Shown: positions 33,881-45,501, numbered from the stretch's first letter. The stretch: DNA of 64,000 nt from Squalus acanthias (GCA_030390025.1 CM059432.1:50098001-50162000); one strand, 5' to 3'. The notes: generated from the letters alone by a model not told the origin. Translations and numbers: made by a program.

Positions 33881-36832
33881 TCATGTCCAAATTCCTGCCC
33901 GCTCCCCGTAACCCTTAATGCCCTTTACTTCTAGGAAACTGTCTATTTCTGTTTTAAATTTAATTAATGTTGTAGCTTCTACAGCTTTTTGTGGCAGCAT
34001 ATTCCATGGACCTACCACCCTCTGAGTGAAGTAGTTCCTCCTCATCTCAGTTTTGAAAGAGCAGCCCCTTATTCTAAGACTATGTCCCCTAGTTCTCGTC
34101 TCACCCGTCATCGGGAACATCCTCCCCGCATCCACCCGATCCAACCCCTTCACAATCTTATATGTTTCAATAAGATCGCCTCTCATTCTTCTGAACTCCA
34201 ATGAGTAGAGTCCCAATCTACCCAACCTCTCCTCATATGACCACCCCCTCATCCCCGGGATTAACCGAGTGAACCTTTTTTGCACTGCCTCGAGAGCAAG
34301 GATGTCTTTCCTTAAGTAAGGACACCAAAACTGTATGCAGTATTCCAGGTGCGGTCTCACCAATACCTTGTACAACTGAAGCAATACCTCCCTATTTTTA
34401 TATTCTATCCCCCTAGCAATGAAAGCCAACATTCCATTTGCCTTCTTAATCACTTGCTGCACCTGCATACTAACCTTTTGAGTTTCGTGCACCAGGACCC
34501 CCAGATCCCTTTGCACTTCAGTACTCTCCAGTTTCTTGCCATTAAGATAATAAATTGCTCTAGGATTTTTCCTGCCAAAGTGCATCACCTCACACTTTCC
34601 AGTGTTGTATTCCATCTGCCAAATCTCTGCCCACTTACTTAGCCTGTCTATGTCCCCTTGCAGGTTTTTTATGTCCTCCTCACTCACTACTTTCCCTCCC
34701 ATCTTTGTATCATCTGCAAATTTTGATATGTTACACTTGGTCCCTTCCTCCAAATCGTTAATATAGATTGTGAAGAGTTGGGGACCCAGCACTGACCCCT
34801 GTGGAACACCACTAGTTACTGATTGCCAGTCTGAGAATGAACCATTTATCCCAACTCTTTGCTTTCTGTTAGATAGCCAATCCTCTATCCATGCCAGAAT
34901 ATTACCCCCAATCCCGTGATTTTTTACCTTAAGCAATAATCTTTTGTGTGGCACCTTGTCAAATGCCTTTTGGAAGTCTAAATACACTACGTCCACTGGT
35001 TCCCCTTTATCCACTCTATATGTTACTTCCTCAAAGAACTCCAGCAAATTTGTCAAACATGACTTCCCCTTCGTAAAACCATGCTGACTTTGTCCTATTA
35101 AATTATGATTATCCAAATGTCCTGTTACTGTTTCCTTAATAATGGACTCCAAAATTTTACCTACCACAGATGTTAGGCTAACCGGTCTATAGTTACCAGC
35201 CTTCTGTCTACTGCCCTTTTTAAATAAGGGTGTTACATTAGCAGTTTTCCAGTCTGCCGGGACCTTAGCGGAATCCAGGGAGTTTTGAAAAATTATTACC
35301 AATGCATCTACAATCCCTACCGCCACTTCCTTCAAGACTCTAGGATGTAAGCCATCAGGTCCAGGTGATTTATCCGCCTTGAGTCCCATTATTTTACCGA
35401 GTACCACTTCCTTAGTGATTTTGATCGTGTTTAGCTCCTCTCCCCCTATAGCCCCCTGTTTGTCCAGTGTTGGGATATTCTTAGTGTCCTCTACTGTAAA
35501 GACTGATACAAAATATTCATTCAGTGTTTTTGCCATCTCCATATTTCCCACCATTAATTTCCCGGTCTCATCCTCTAAGGGACCAACATTTACTTTAGCC
35601 ACCCTTTTTCTTTTTATATAACTATAAAAACTCTTACTATCTGTTTTTATATTTTTTGCTAATTTACTTTCATAATCTATCTTCCCTTTCTTAATCAATC
35701 TTTTTGTTATTTTTTGCTGCCTTTTAAAGTTTTCCCAATCCTCTGTCCTCCCACTAGATTTCGCTACCTTATATGCCCTTGTTTTTAGTCGAATACTATC
35801 CTTAATTTCTTTACTTAGCCACGGATGACTGTCCTTTCTTTTACACCCTTTTCTTTTCAGTGGAATATATTTTTTTTGGAAGTTGTAAAATAACTCCTTG
35901 AATGTACACCACTGATCATGTGTCGTCTTACCCTTTAATCTATTTTCCCAATCCACTCTACTCAATTCCGCTCGCATACCTTCATAGTCTCCTTTATTCA
36001 AGCTTAGCACGCTTGTTTGAGATCCAACCTTCTCACCCTCTAATTGAATATGGAATTCAACCATGTTATGGTCACTCATTCCAAGGGGATCCTTTACTAG
36101 GACATTTTTAATTAATCCTGTCTCGTTACACAGGACCAGATCTAAGGTTGCTTGCCCCCTGGTCGGTTCAGTTACATACTGCTCAAGAAACCCATCCCTA
36201 ATACACTCAATGAACTCATCCTCAAGGCAGCCCTGCCCCATTTGATTTGTCCAATTAATATGATAGTTAAAATCCCCCATAATTATAGATGTTCCCTTAT
36301 TACATGCCTCAACTATTTCCTGATTGATACTCCGTCCAATAGAGTTGCAACTGTTCGGAGGCCTATAGACTACGCCCACTAATGTTTTTTTCCCCTTATT
36401 ATTCCTTATCTCCACCCAAACTGTTTCATTATCATGATTTTTTGACCCAATATCATTACTCTGTATTACAGTGATTCCTTCCTTTATTAACATAGCCACC
36501 CCACCTCCCCTTCCTTCCTGCCTGTCCTTCCTGATCGTTAAATAACCTGGTATGTTTAATTCCCAGGCATTGTCACCCTGCAGCCATGTTTCTGTAATGG
36601 CCACAATATCATAACCATATGTAGTTATTTGTGCCATTAACTCGTCTATTTTGTTACGAATGCTACGTGCATTCAGATAGAGAACTTTCAAATATGCTTT
36701 GTGGCACTTAGTTCCTGCTTTTTCACTTTTTACCAGTTTACCTTTTACTCCACACACTCTGTCCCTTCCTGCCACGCTCTGATTTGTGATTCCCCTACTG
36801 CTACCTATGTCTATGACCCTCTCTGTTGTCAT
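33881..36832 (-). CDS. CR1 ORF2: AP endonuclease and reverse transcriptase (983 aa)
   Basis: YLNARS, ITETW, GDFN, LDLV, SDH; QHGF, YLDFQKAFD, GVPQGSVLGP, FADD. Confidence 0.97.
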   Translation of the reverse strand: MTTERVIDIGSSRGITNQSVAGRDRVCGVKGKLVKSEKAGTKCHKAYLKVLYLNARSIRNKIDELMAQITTYGYDIVAITETWLQGDNAWELNIPGYLTIRKDRQEGRGGGVAMLIKEGITVIQSNDIGSKNHDNETVWVEIRNNKGKKTLVGVVYRPPNSCNSIGRSINQEIVEACNKGTSIIMGDFNYHINWTNQMGQGCLEDEFIECIRDGFLEQYVTEPTRGQATLDLVLCNETGLIKNVLVKDPLGMSDHNMVEFHIQLEGEKVGSQTSVLSLNKGDYEGMRAELSRVDWENRLKGKTTHDQWCTFKELFYNFQKKYIPLKRKGCKRKDSHPWLSKEIKDSIRLKTRAYKVAKSSGRTEDWENFKRQQKITKRLIKKGKIDYESKLAKNIKTDSKSFYSYIKRKRVAKVNVGPLEDETGKLMVGNMEMAKTLNEYFVSVFTVEDTKNIPTLDKQGAIGGEELNTIKITKEVVLGKIMGLKADKSPGPDGLHPRVLKEVAVGIVDALVIIFQNSLDSAKVPADWKTANVTPLFKKGSRQKAGNYRPVSLTSVVGKILESIIKETVTGHLDNHNLIGQSQHGFTKGKSCLTNLLEFFEEVTYRVDKGEPVDVVYLDFQKAFDKVPHKRLLLKVKNHGIGGNILAWIEDWLSNRKQRVGINGSFSDWQSVTSGVPQGSVLGPQLFTIYINDLEEGTKCNISKFADDTKMGGKVVSEEDIKNLQGDIDRLSKWAEIWQMEYNTGKCEVMHFGRKNPRAIYYLNGKKLESTEVQRDLGVLVHETQKVSMQVQQVIKKANGMLAFIARGIEYKNREVLLQLYKVLVRPHLEYCIQFWCPYLRKDILALEAVQKRFTRLIPGMRGWSYEERLGRLGLYSLEFRRMRGDLIETYKIVKGLDRVDAGRMFPMTGETRTRGHSLRIRGCSFKTEMRRNYFTQRVVGPWNMLPQKAVEATTLIKFKTEIDSFLEVKGIKGYGERAGIWT

Positions 36833-36870
36833 TTTTATTTTTTGCTCTCTTGAAACCTCCCCCCCACTAA

Positions 36871-37827
36871 TTAGTTTAAAGCCCTCTCCACAGCCCTAGT
36901 TATTCGATTCGCCAGGACACTAGTCCCAGCACTGGCCAAGTGAAGTCCGTCCCAACGGAACAGCTCTCTCCTGCCCCAGTACTGGTGCCAGTGTCCCAAG
37001 AAGCAAAACCCATTTTTCCCACACCAGTCTTTGAGCCACGCATTCAACTCCCTGATTTTATTTACCCTAGCCAAATTTGCTCGTGGCTCAGGTAGTAATC
37101 CAGAGATTATTACCCTCGAGGTTCTGCTTTTTAATTTGGCCCCTAGCTGCTCAAACTCCCTCAGCAGAACCTCTTTCCTTGTCCTATCTATGTCATTGGT
37201 ACCAACATGGACCACGACAACTGGATCCTCCCCCTCCCACTCCAAGTTTCTCTCCAGCCCAGAGGAGATGTCCTTAACCCTGGCACCGGGCAGGCAACAC
37301 AGCCTTCGGGACTCTCGCTCTTGGCTGCAAAGAACCCTATCTATCCCCCTAATGATACTATCCCCTACCACTACAACATTTCTTTTTACTCCCCCCACTT
37401 GAATGGCCCCCCTTACCACGGTGCTGTGGCCAGGTTGCTCATCCTCCCTGCAGTCCCCGCTCCTATCCACACAGGGAGTAAGAGCCTCGAACCTGTTGGA
37501 CAAGAGCAAGGGCTGCGGCTCCTCCAACACTACCTCCTGGATCCCTGTACCTGCCTCACTCGTAGTCACACCTTCCTGTCCCTGACCACGGGCTACTTCT
37601 GAATTAGTTACTCTAATTGGTGTGACTACCTCCTGAAACACGGAGTCCAGGTAACTCTCCCCCTCCCTGATGTGTCGCAGTGTTTGAAGCTCGGACTCCA
37701 GCTCATCAACACGGAGCCGGAGTTCCTCGAGCAGCCAACACTTACTGCAAATGTGTTCACCGTGAACATCAATGGTGTCCACCAGCTCCCACATATTGCA
37801 GCAGTAACACATCACCTGCTCTCCCAT
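36871..37827 (-). CDS. CR1 ORF1: zinc finger, coiled coil and SGNH/GDSL esterase (318 aa)
   Basis: CYCC...CSKC, leucine-heptad segment, VVVGDS, LPGA, HVGTND, DGLHL. Confidence 0.95.
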   Translation of the reverse strand: MGEQVMCYCCNMWELVDTIDVHGEHICSKCWLLEELRLRVDELESELQTLRHIREGESYLDSVFQEVVTPIRVTNSEVARGQGQEGVTTSEAGTGIQEVVLEEPQPLLLSNRFEALTPCVDRSGDCREDEQPGHSTVVRGAIQVGGVKRNVVVVGDSIIRGIDRVLCSQERESRRLCCLPGARVKDISSGLERNLEWEGEDPVVVVHVGTNDIDRTRKEVLLREFEQLGAKLKSRTSRVIISGLLPEPRANLARVNKIRELNAWLKDWCGKNGFCFLGHWHQYWGRRELFRWDGLHLASAGTSVLANRITRAVERALN

Positions 37828-37959
37828 TCTATGTAATTAATTAAAAATGTATTATTTACCCTTCAGTTAATTTATGCCAGCAGTCTCTGCTACACCACAG
37901 ATACCCGAGAAACAATAAAATTGAAGTTTTGTATAAAAAAAAAGAGAAATACTCACCAA

Positions 37960-37990
37960 CCAATCACTTACCTGCTTTCTGGTGACGTCA
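37960..37990. promoter_or_regulatory. CCAAT box and CRE palindrome in the CR1 5' UTR (putative internal Pol II promoter)
   Basis: ccaat at 37960-37964 and tgacgtca at 37983-37990; motif match only. Confidence 0.4.
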
Positions 37991-38573
37991 CACTTCGATT
38001 ATTTTTTACCTCTCTCCTGCTCGGTGAAAGCCTACCTGGTCGCTGCCGCCTTTTACCGCCGCCGCCTCGCCACTGTTGCTCCACCCAGGTCCGCCGCCTC
38101 TGTAGTGCTGTAGTGCTGTAGTGCTGTTCTAACTTGGTTAGGATCTCCTTCAATGACATGTCCTTCGGCTTGGCGAGAACAAGCAAATTTTTCAGGGTCT
38201 CATGCACCTCTGGGCCTGCTTCAGTCAAAAAAAAGCCCGTTTCATTTCTAAAACCACCCGGTTACGGTTTACATCATCGGGGACTTCGACGATACTATTC
38301 ATGGTGAAAAACATTTCTAGCCGCTCCTCATACACTCTGAAAGTCTTTCGGTCATGATGGAACTCACCCAAGCACCCTATTATTCCCACAGGCGTGGCCA
38401 CCTGAACTCTGGCAAGATCGACAGTTCAGCCATGTTTGCTCAAAATTTACCTCGGATTTTTACGTTTTTCTGCAAAACGAAGAACCTCTAACAGTCCCTC
38501 CATCGGTTGGCAGGATTATCCTCCAAAAAAATTTCAGCTAGGGAATCAGCAATCTCATCCTAATCGCCAATTC

Positions 38574-38693
38574 TGTGATATCCTGTGACACAGCATATAT
38601 ATACAAAAGCACAACATGGCTTCCGGTAAGAACCGTACTGCATATGGCTTTATTATTATATACATCAGTAGTCCACCAGGTGGCTCTATTACA
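38574..38693 (-). repeat. Short (120-bp) putative 5' LTR
   Basis: Minus strand TGTAATA...TATCACA with internal AATAAA; PBS-like tggcga follows 4 nt later, then gag. Confidence 0.7.
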
Positions 38694-39249
38694 ATCGGGC
38701 CGGAGCATCGGGTGAGGGGGCAAGGGAGAGAAATGTCCACCAAGTAAAACTTTAAGGGGATATGTTTTGCACACACACACTCTCTCATGAGGAAGTCTTT
38801 GGCTGATGAGTACTTTCTGATATTGGTGAGCAGCACTATATATAAATGTGTATACATAAAAAATATCAAAGGTGACAGTCAAGGACAAAAGAGATCAATC
38901 GAATCATGTTCCCACCGTGCACAGTCTATTTCCTCCAAGCCTAGGTCCCAAACACAGCAATGACTAAGAAACTCCCAATGGCTTTGCAACTGCACAATTG
39001 TTGAGATGGCGGCCTTGGATGCACAATTTTTTTTTAAATTCCGAAACAAAAAGATATCTGCAGCTTGTTTGCTCTAAATAAAGGGATAGCCGATAGGAAC
39101 AGGCCGATCCCTTTTAGCAACAGCTGACATAAGACATCATTTTGATCGCTGTGTATTACTTACGTGGCTGCAATCTGAATAATGTCAGCAGCACTCACAC
39201 TTACTACATTCAATGTAATCGCTGACTGTGGTCCACTTCACCTCACAGA

Positions 39250-39960
39250 ACGGGGCCGGAGCATTGGGGGGGAAGGAGAGGAGATCGGGGCCAAAACATT
39301 GGGAGGGAGGGAGAGAAGATTGGGGCCAGAGCATTGGGGGTGGGGGGGGAAGAGAGGAGATGGGGGCCAGAACATTGGGAGAATGGAGAGAAGACTGGGG
39401 CCGGAGCATCGGCGGGGGGGAGGGAGAGAAGATCAGGGCCAAAGCATCGGGGGGAGGGTGGGGGGGAGAATGGAGAGAAGATCAGGGCCGGAGCATCAGG
39501 TGGGGGGAGGGAGAGAAGACCGGGGCCGGAGCATCAGCGGGGGGGGTGGAGGGAGAGAAGATCGGGGCCGGAGCATCGGGGGGGGGTGGAGGGAGAGAAG
39601 ATCAGGGCCGGAGCATCAGGTGGGGGGAGGGAGAGAAGACCGGGGCCGGAGCATCGGCGGGGGGGTGGAGGGAGAGAAGATCGGGGCCGGAGCATCGGGG
39701 GGGGGGGGGGGGTGAGAGAAGATCGGGGCCAGAGCATCGGGGTGGAGGAAAGCAATGACCGGGGCTGGAGCATCGGCGGGGGTGGGGTGGGATGGGAGTT
39801 ATGGAGGGAGAGAAACATGCACCCGCACTGGAGGATCGGGGTTGGGGGGAGGGGGGGAAGCATCGGGGCCGGCCTGAGGATCATAAGTGGTGGGGGGGGG
39901 AGCATTGGGGTCTGAGGATCATCGATGGGTGGCCGGTGGAGTCTGGGAAGGCCATCGGGG
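39250..39960 (+). repeat. G-rich minisatellite (~38-40-bp unit ggggccggagcatcggggggggtggagggagagaagatc) inside a MITE-like element ending near 40323
   Basis: More than ten visible tandem units with variable G-run length. Confidence 0.92.
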
Positions 39961-40441
39961 GCGCCATGGGGGGTCTCCGATTGCAGGGGGTGGGTGAGGC
40001 AGAGACGCTTACATCCTGGATCCAGCAGTCCTCGCCTTACTTTAGCTGGCGGGTTTCTTGAGGCCTGCGAAACCCGACTAGCCACAGTTAAATTTGAAAT
40101 GCTGGTTAAATGTGAGGCACGCCAGCCTCATTATAATATTTAAATAGATGACCTGCCTCCTGGCAGTGAGGTGGCTGCCCCCCACCCACCCCCCCCCCCA
40201 CCCCCCCGTTCCGCCTCCATTAAAACCGGAGGTGGGCGGGTTCGGGACAGGATTCAGTTTTTTAACACATTAACCTCCCACCCGACCCCAACCTACCCGT
40301 TTGTTGGGGTTAAAATTCCCCCCATAGTGTCTACAGCACAGAAACAGGCCGTTCGGCCAGCTGATCTATGTTGGCGTTTATGCTCCACACAAGCTTCCTA
40401 TCATCCCTCTTCTTCTAACCCTAAATCCATGTCCAAACCAT

Positions 40442-43083
40442 CTAGAAAATGAAAGAGACAAAACAAGATAGGACTTAATATGAGAGTAAATTAGCAAGAA
40501 ATATAAGAACAGATTGTAAGAGCTTTTACAAGTATGTAAAAAGGAAGAGAGCAGCAAAAGCAAGTGTTAGTCCCTTAGAGGTTGAGACAGGAGAAATTAT
40601 ATTGGGGAACAAGGAAATAGCAGTGACCTTAAATAAATATTTTGTATCTGTCTTCACAGTAGAAGACACAAAATGTATACCAGAAATAGTGGAGAACCAA
40701 GGGGTTAATGAGAGTGAGGAACTTAAAGTAATTAATATCAATAGAGAAAAAGTACTTGGGAAACTAATGGGACTAAAAGCCAACAAATCCCCTGGACCTG
40801 ATGGACTACATCCTAGGGTTCTAAAAGACGTGGCTGCAGAGATAGTGGATGCATTGTTGTGATCTTCAAAAATTCCCTAGATTCTGGAACGGTCCCAATG
40901 GATTGGAAGGTAGCTAATATAACCCCACTCTTCAAGAAAGGAGGGAGAGTGAAAACAGGGAACTACAGGCCAGTTAGCCTAACATCAGTCATCAGGAAAA
41001 TGCTGGAATCCATTATTAAGGAAGTGGTAACAGGGCACTTAGAAAATCATAATATGATTAGGCAGAGTCAACATGGTTTTATGAAAGGGAAATCGTGTTT
41101 GACAAATTTATTAGAGTTTTTTGAGGATGTAATGAGCAGGGTAGATAAAGGGGAACCAGTGGATGCAGCATATTTGGGTTTCCAAAAGGCATTCGATAAG
41201 GTGCCACATAAAAGGTTATTGCACAAGATAAGGGCTCATGGGGTTGGAGGTAATGGCCTGTATTTTCCGATGCCTACGGGTGTGTACGGGCTGTGTACAC
41301 ACCCATAGGGAGATCAGAAGTGCCGGTTTCAGTCATGCGAAGCGCATGCGCTGAAAACCAGCATTTCCAATCTGTCAAGAATGCTCTTGACAGATCGGAT
41401 GCCTGCCTTAGAGAAGGGCCTCTGCGGGGTGGGGGAGTTCCACTTTCTGCAGAACCTCCGCCCACTGAAAACCCTTAGAAATCTTACGCCTGATAAAAGC
41501 ATAAGGCCTGCTTTTACCAGCATAAGAGTTGAAAAAAGTTTAAAAACATTTTTGTTCACTCATTTATAATTTTAAAATACTTTTAAAAAAGGTAAGTTTA
41601 TTTTTAGCCCTGTAAAAAACTTTAATTATTTTTTCAAAAGATTAAATTTTTGTTTAAAATATTTAATTTATTGTAATTTTAACTCATTTTAAAAACGTGA
41701 TTTAAAAAAAATTTATTTAATGATTTACTGTGTTTTGGGGGTGATCTCCATTCATATATTTGACAGGTCTATCTGTCAAAAGTATGAAGGGAGATTCCCT
41801 TCTCTTGGCTGGCCTGGCCCACGTGATCCCAGGGACACTTGCGAACTGCATGTGCCTCCGGGACACGTGGGCCCTGCGCATTTCGACTTTAGAGAGGCCC
41901 AGGAACAGAAGTATACGCACCTCGGGAGCCCTCAGGTAAGTTCGTAGATTTTTTTCCGATAGGAGGCCTCCGCATGCAGGAAGCCTCCTATCGGAAATTA
42001 CGGGCCAATGTATTAGCATGGATAGAGGATTGGTTTATGGACAGAAAGCAGAAAGTTGGGATAAACAGGTCATTTTCAGATTGGCAGGCCGTAACTAGTG
42101 GGGTGCCGCAAGGATCAGTGCTTGGGCCTCAGCTATTTACAATCTATATTAATGACTTAGATGAAGGGACAGAGTGTAATGTATCTAAGTTTGCTGATGA
42201 TACAAAGCTAGGTGGGAAAGTAAGCTGTGAGGAGGACACAAAGAGCCTGCAAAGGGATATAGACAGGTTAAGTGAGTGGGCAATAAGGTGGCAGATGGAG
42301 TATAATGTGGGGAAATGTGAGGTTATTCACTTTGGTAGGAAGAATAGAAAAACAGGATATTTTTTAATTGGTGAGAAACTATTAAATGCTGGTGTTCAAA
42401 GAGATTTAGGTGTCCTCGTACAGGAAACACAGAGAGTTAGCATGCAAGTACAGCAAGCAATTAGGAAGGCAAATGGCATGTTGGCCCTTATTACTAGGGG
42501 GCTAGAGTACAAGAGTAAGGAAGTCTTACTACAATTGTACAGAGCTTTGGTGTACAGTTTTGGTCTCCTTCTCTACTTGCCTTAGAGGCGGTTCAACGAA
42601 GGTTCACTAGACTAATCCCTGGGATGAGAGGGTTGTCCTATGAGGAGAGATTGAGTAGATTAGGCCTATACTCTTCAGAATTTAGAAGAATGAGAGGAGA
42701 TCTTATTGAAACATATAAGATTCTGAGGGGGATTGACAGGATAGATGCTGAGAGATTGTTTCCCATGGCTGGAGAGTCCAGAACTAGGGGGCATATTCTC
42801 AGGATAAGGGGTCAGCCTTTTAAGACTGAGATGAGGAGGAACTTCTTCACTCAGAGGGTTGTGAATCTTTGGAATTCTCTGCCCCAAAGGGCTGTGGATG
42901 CTCAGTGATTAATATATTCAATGTTGAGAGAGATAGATTTTTGGACTCTAGGGGAATCAAGGGATGTGGGGATAGGGCAGGAAAGTGGTGTTGAGGTTGT
43001 AGATCAGCCATGATCTTATTGAATGGCAGAGCAGGCTCGAGGGGCCGTATGGCCTACTCCTGCTCCTAATTCTTATGTTCTTA
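40442..43083 (+). mobile_element. 5'-truncated CR1 LINE interrupted by a MITE
   Basis: ORF fragments 40602-41254 and 42010-42908; tail ttcttatgttcttat. Confidence 0.94.
41255..42006. mobile_element. Harbinger-like MITE inserted in a CR1
   Basis: TIR ggcctgtattttccgat / atcggaaattacgggcc (15/17); TSD aat (41252-41254, 42007-42009); removing it restores the CR1 frame GGNVLAW. Confidence 0.92.
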
Positions 43084-43089
43084 TTAATG

Positions 43090-43740
43090 CCACTACTAAT
43101 ATCTTGGCAATCTTAGAAAACATCCATTCATCTGTACTTTTTGTTTTCTGTCTTTCATCATTCCCTCAATACAAACTGTCACCTTACCTTTAATACTAGG
43201 GTCTTAACATACTCAACAAGTTTCTTATATTGTGCTTCATCAAATGTTTTTTGAAAGCCCATATGTACAACATCTAAGGCATTCCATTTATCATGCACTT
43301 GGTATTTTCCTCAAAGAGTTCAATTAAAATAAGTCATACATGAACTGCTCTTTATAAATCAATGTTGCCTGTCCCTGATTAGCCCATACCTTTCCAAGTG
43401 TTCACTGATAATATTCCTAATTATGGTCTCTAGCAATTTTCTTACGACCAATGTGTGGCTTAAATGGTCTATAGTTACCTTGTCTTTCCCTTCCCCATTT
43501 TTAAACAGTTCTGTGACATTCACCACCCTCTGGTACTTTAGCACAAGTCCTGTTCCAAAGAATTTTAGAAAATTATGATTAGTTCCTCTGCTATTTCATC
43601 AAAAATCTCCCTCAATATCCTACAGTGTAGACAATCTGATCGTGGTGACTTGTCAACTTCAAGTCACATTAACTCGTTCAATGCCATGTCCTTTTAATAT
43701 TTATATGGATGAATGGTGCCTCCAGCTACTTCTCTGGTAC
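43090..43740 (-). mobile_element. Old CR1 RT fragment
   Basis: NVTELFK...VVRKLLETIIR...EHLERYGLIRDRQH. Confidence 0.75.
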
Positions 43741-43758
43741 TTCTTCAGTCCTTCTTTC

Positions 43759-44215
43759 ATAAGAACATAAGAAATAGGAGCAGGAGTAGGCCATTCGGCC
43801 CTTTGAGCCTGCTCCGCCATTCAATAAGATCATGGCTGATCTGATCTTGGCCTCAACTCCACTTTCCTGCCTTTTCCCCATAACCCTTGACTCCCCTGTA
43901 GCTCAAATATCTATCTATCTCCGCCTTGAATATATTCACTGACTCAGCCTCCACAGCTCTCTGGGGTAGAGAATTCCAAAGATTCATGACCCTCTGAGAG
44001 AAGAAATTCCTCCTCATCTCCATCTTAAATTACAACAGTGACTCCACTTCAAAAGTACTTCATTGGCTGTAAAGCGCTTTGAGACATCTGGTGGTCGTGA
44101 AAAGCGCTATATAAATGCAAGTCTTTCTTTCTTTCTTAAATGGGTGACCCCTTATCCTGAAACTATGCTCCCTAGTTCTAGATTCCCCCACGAGGGGAAG
44201 CATCTCCTCAGTATC
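43759..44215 (-). mobile_element. CR1 3' fragment containing a Deu-type SINE 3' piece (44031-44133, plus strand)
   Basis: CR1 tail ataagaacataagaaatagg; SINE piece flanked by 8-bp TSD tcttaaat (44023-44030, 44134-44141). Confidence 0.88.
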
Positions 44216-45040
44216 TAAATAGGTGCAATACCAGTTAAGCATCTCTGCCATGCTGTTTCTTCTTTGTTCCTTAGTGGCCCCACTCCTTCTTTGAGTATCT
44301 GAAATGTACAATATCTGAAACCAGAAGCTGAAACCGAAAGCTTGAAGAAATTCAAATTCTCTTGTAGTCCAGGTTTGGTCTGAGATTCAGTGCTCCCATT
44401 TTTTACATAGGCAACATACATCAATTCAAACCTCAGAAATACACCAGTGTAATGCTCAGCCTTGATGAAACATCTGAATGAGGCTACAAAGTTAGAATTC
44501 ATGCTAATTAGTAACACATCTGAGAGCTGCGAATGCATGTCTATATGTGTCTATTGTGTGATGGGAACTGACTCAGACTGAGACTGCTGTAGCCCTTTCG
44601 ATTGCATTTCCTAATAAGGGAAAGGGAGAGAGAAAAGACTTCATCCTTTCTACCTGGACAATCCAGAGGCAAGAGGTGAATTCACTACTCACAAGTGTAT
44701 TTTTAAATCAGTCTTCAGTGGATCAATGTTAACATCTTTATCTAATTTCTTACTCACGTAATGTCATTTTATGCAGCACATTCACTCCTGCTATGCAAAC
44801 ACCTTCTGTTAAATAACTTAATAGATCGTCAGCAAAATATTCAGCCATTTATTTAATTTCATAGGTTAGCAAATGGTAGTTTGTAGAAATAGCAGCAGTA
44901 ATGAATCCTGGGATTTTTAGCAGCATGCGGCATTAGATTGAAAACTAGCACTTTCACTTAGTCAGCTCCATTAGGTTATAGAAAGCGTTTTATCAACCAG
45001 GGCTGGTTAAAAAATATTGTGAGACATTGATAGATTTATA

Positions 45041-45501
45041 GGGCTGGATTTTGAATGACCCATGGAGTCGGGTTTGGAGGCGTGTGGGGGGTTAAATTTG
45101 CGGGGTCGGGGTTTCCGACCCCATCCCACCTCCATCCCGCCTCCACGCAATTTTGACATAATCAGTCGCGGGGTTCCCGACTCCATCCTGCCTTCAAGAG
45201 GCGGGAGAGGCCATTAAAGCCCTTAACAAGCTCTAAATTGGCTCTGTAATGCCATTTTGAAACGCTGTAGCTAGTTTAACCCTCTTCTGACGTGAAGCAC
45301 GCCTGGTGTGAAACACTCCAGTGAAACCTGGCAGGAGCACAAGTGGATAGCTGACTATCGGCTGCAGGCCCACTGTTACAACGGAGATGTGATGAAAGTA
45401 GTAGTAGTATTAGGTGTGAACGCCACCTCTGATGCTGCTGCATTGATGCTGCTGCATTGAATGTCTTCAGAGACTGCCTGGGAGGACTTGCTTGGGGAAA
45501 A

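Larger units (their letters stand above)
33642..38099 (-). mobile_element. Full-length CR1 LINE with both ORFs open
   Basis: GC-rich 5' UTR, ORF1, 38-nt spacer, ORF2, 3' UTR and (TTCTTATG)n tail. Confidence 0.97.
30558..38693 (-). mobile_element. Gypsy LTR retrotransposon 5' portion (LTR, PBS, gag, start of protease) split by two CR1 insertions
   Basis: Pieces 38116-38401 (GIIGCLGEF...LEQHYS), 33079-33641 (YSPEP...ISEYIVALKKLSIHC...DRFVCGL...CFYCKKTGHLA) and 30558-30744 (MEIDTRASMSVV, degenerate DTG) join co-linearly. Confidence 0.85.

Noticed and set aside
37968..38228. 86-aa ORF as a gene
   Set aside because: Chance fusion of Gypsy gag and the CR1 5' UTR across the insertion junction
39250..39960. 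CRISPR-like array
   Set aside because: No unique spacers, only variable G runs; eukaryotic context and no cas genes
39182..40085. Long Gly/Arg- or Pro-rich ORFs in several frames
   Set aside because: They result from a stop-poor minisatellite; no sign of coding
44215..44538. 107-aa ORF in unique sequence
   Set aside because: No recognisable domain and weak splice signals
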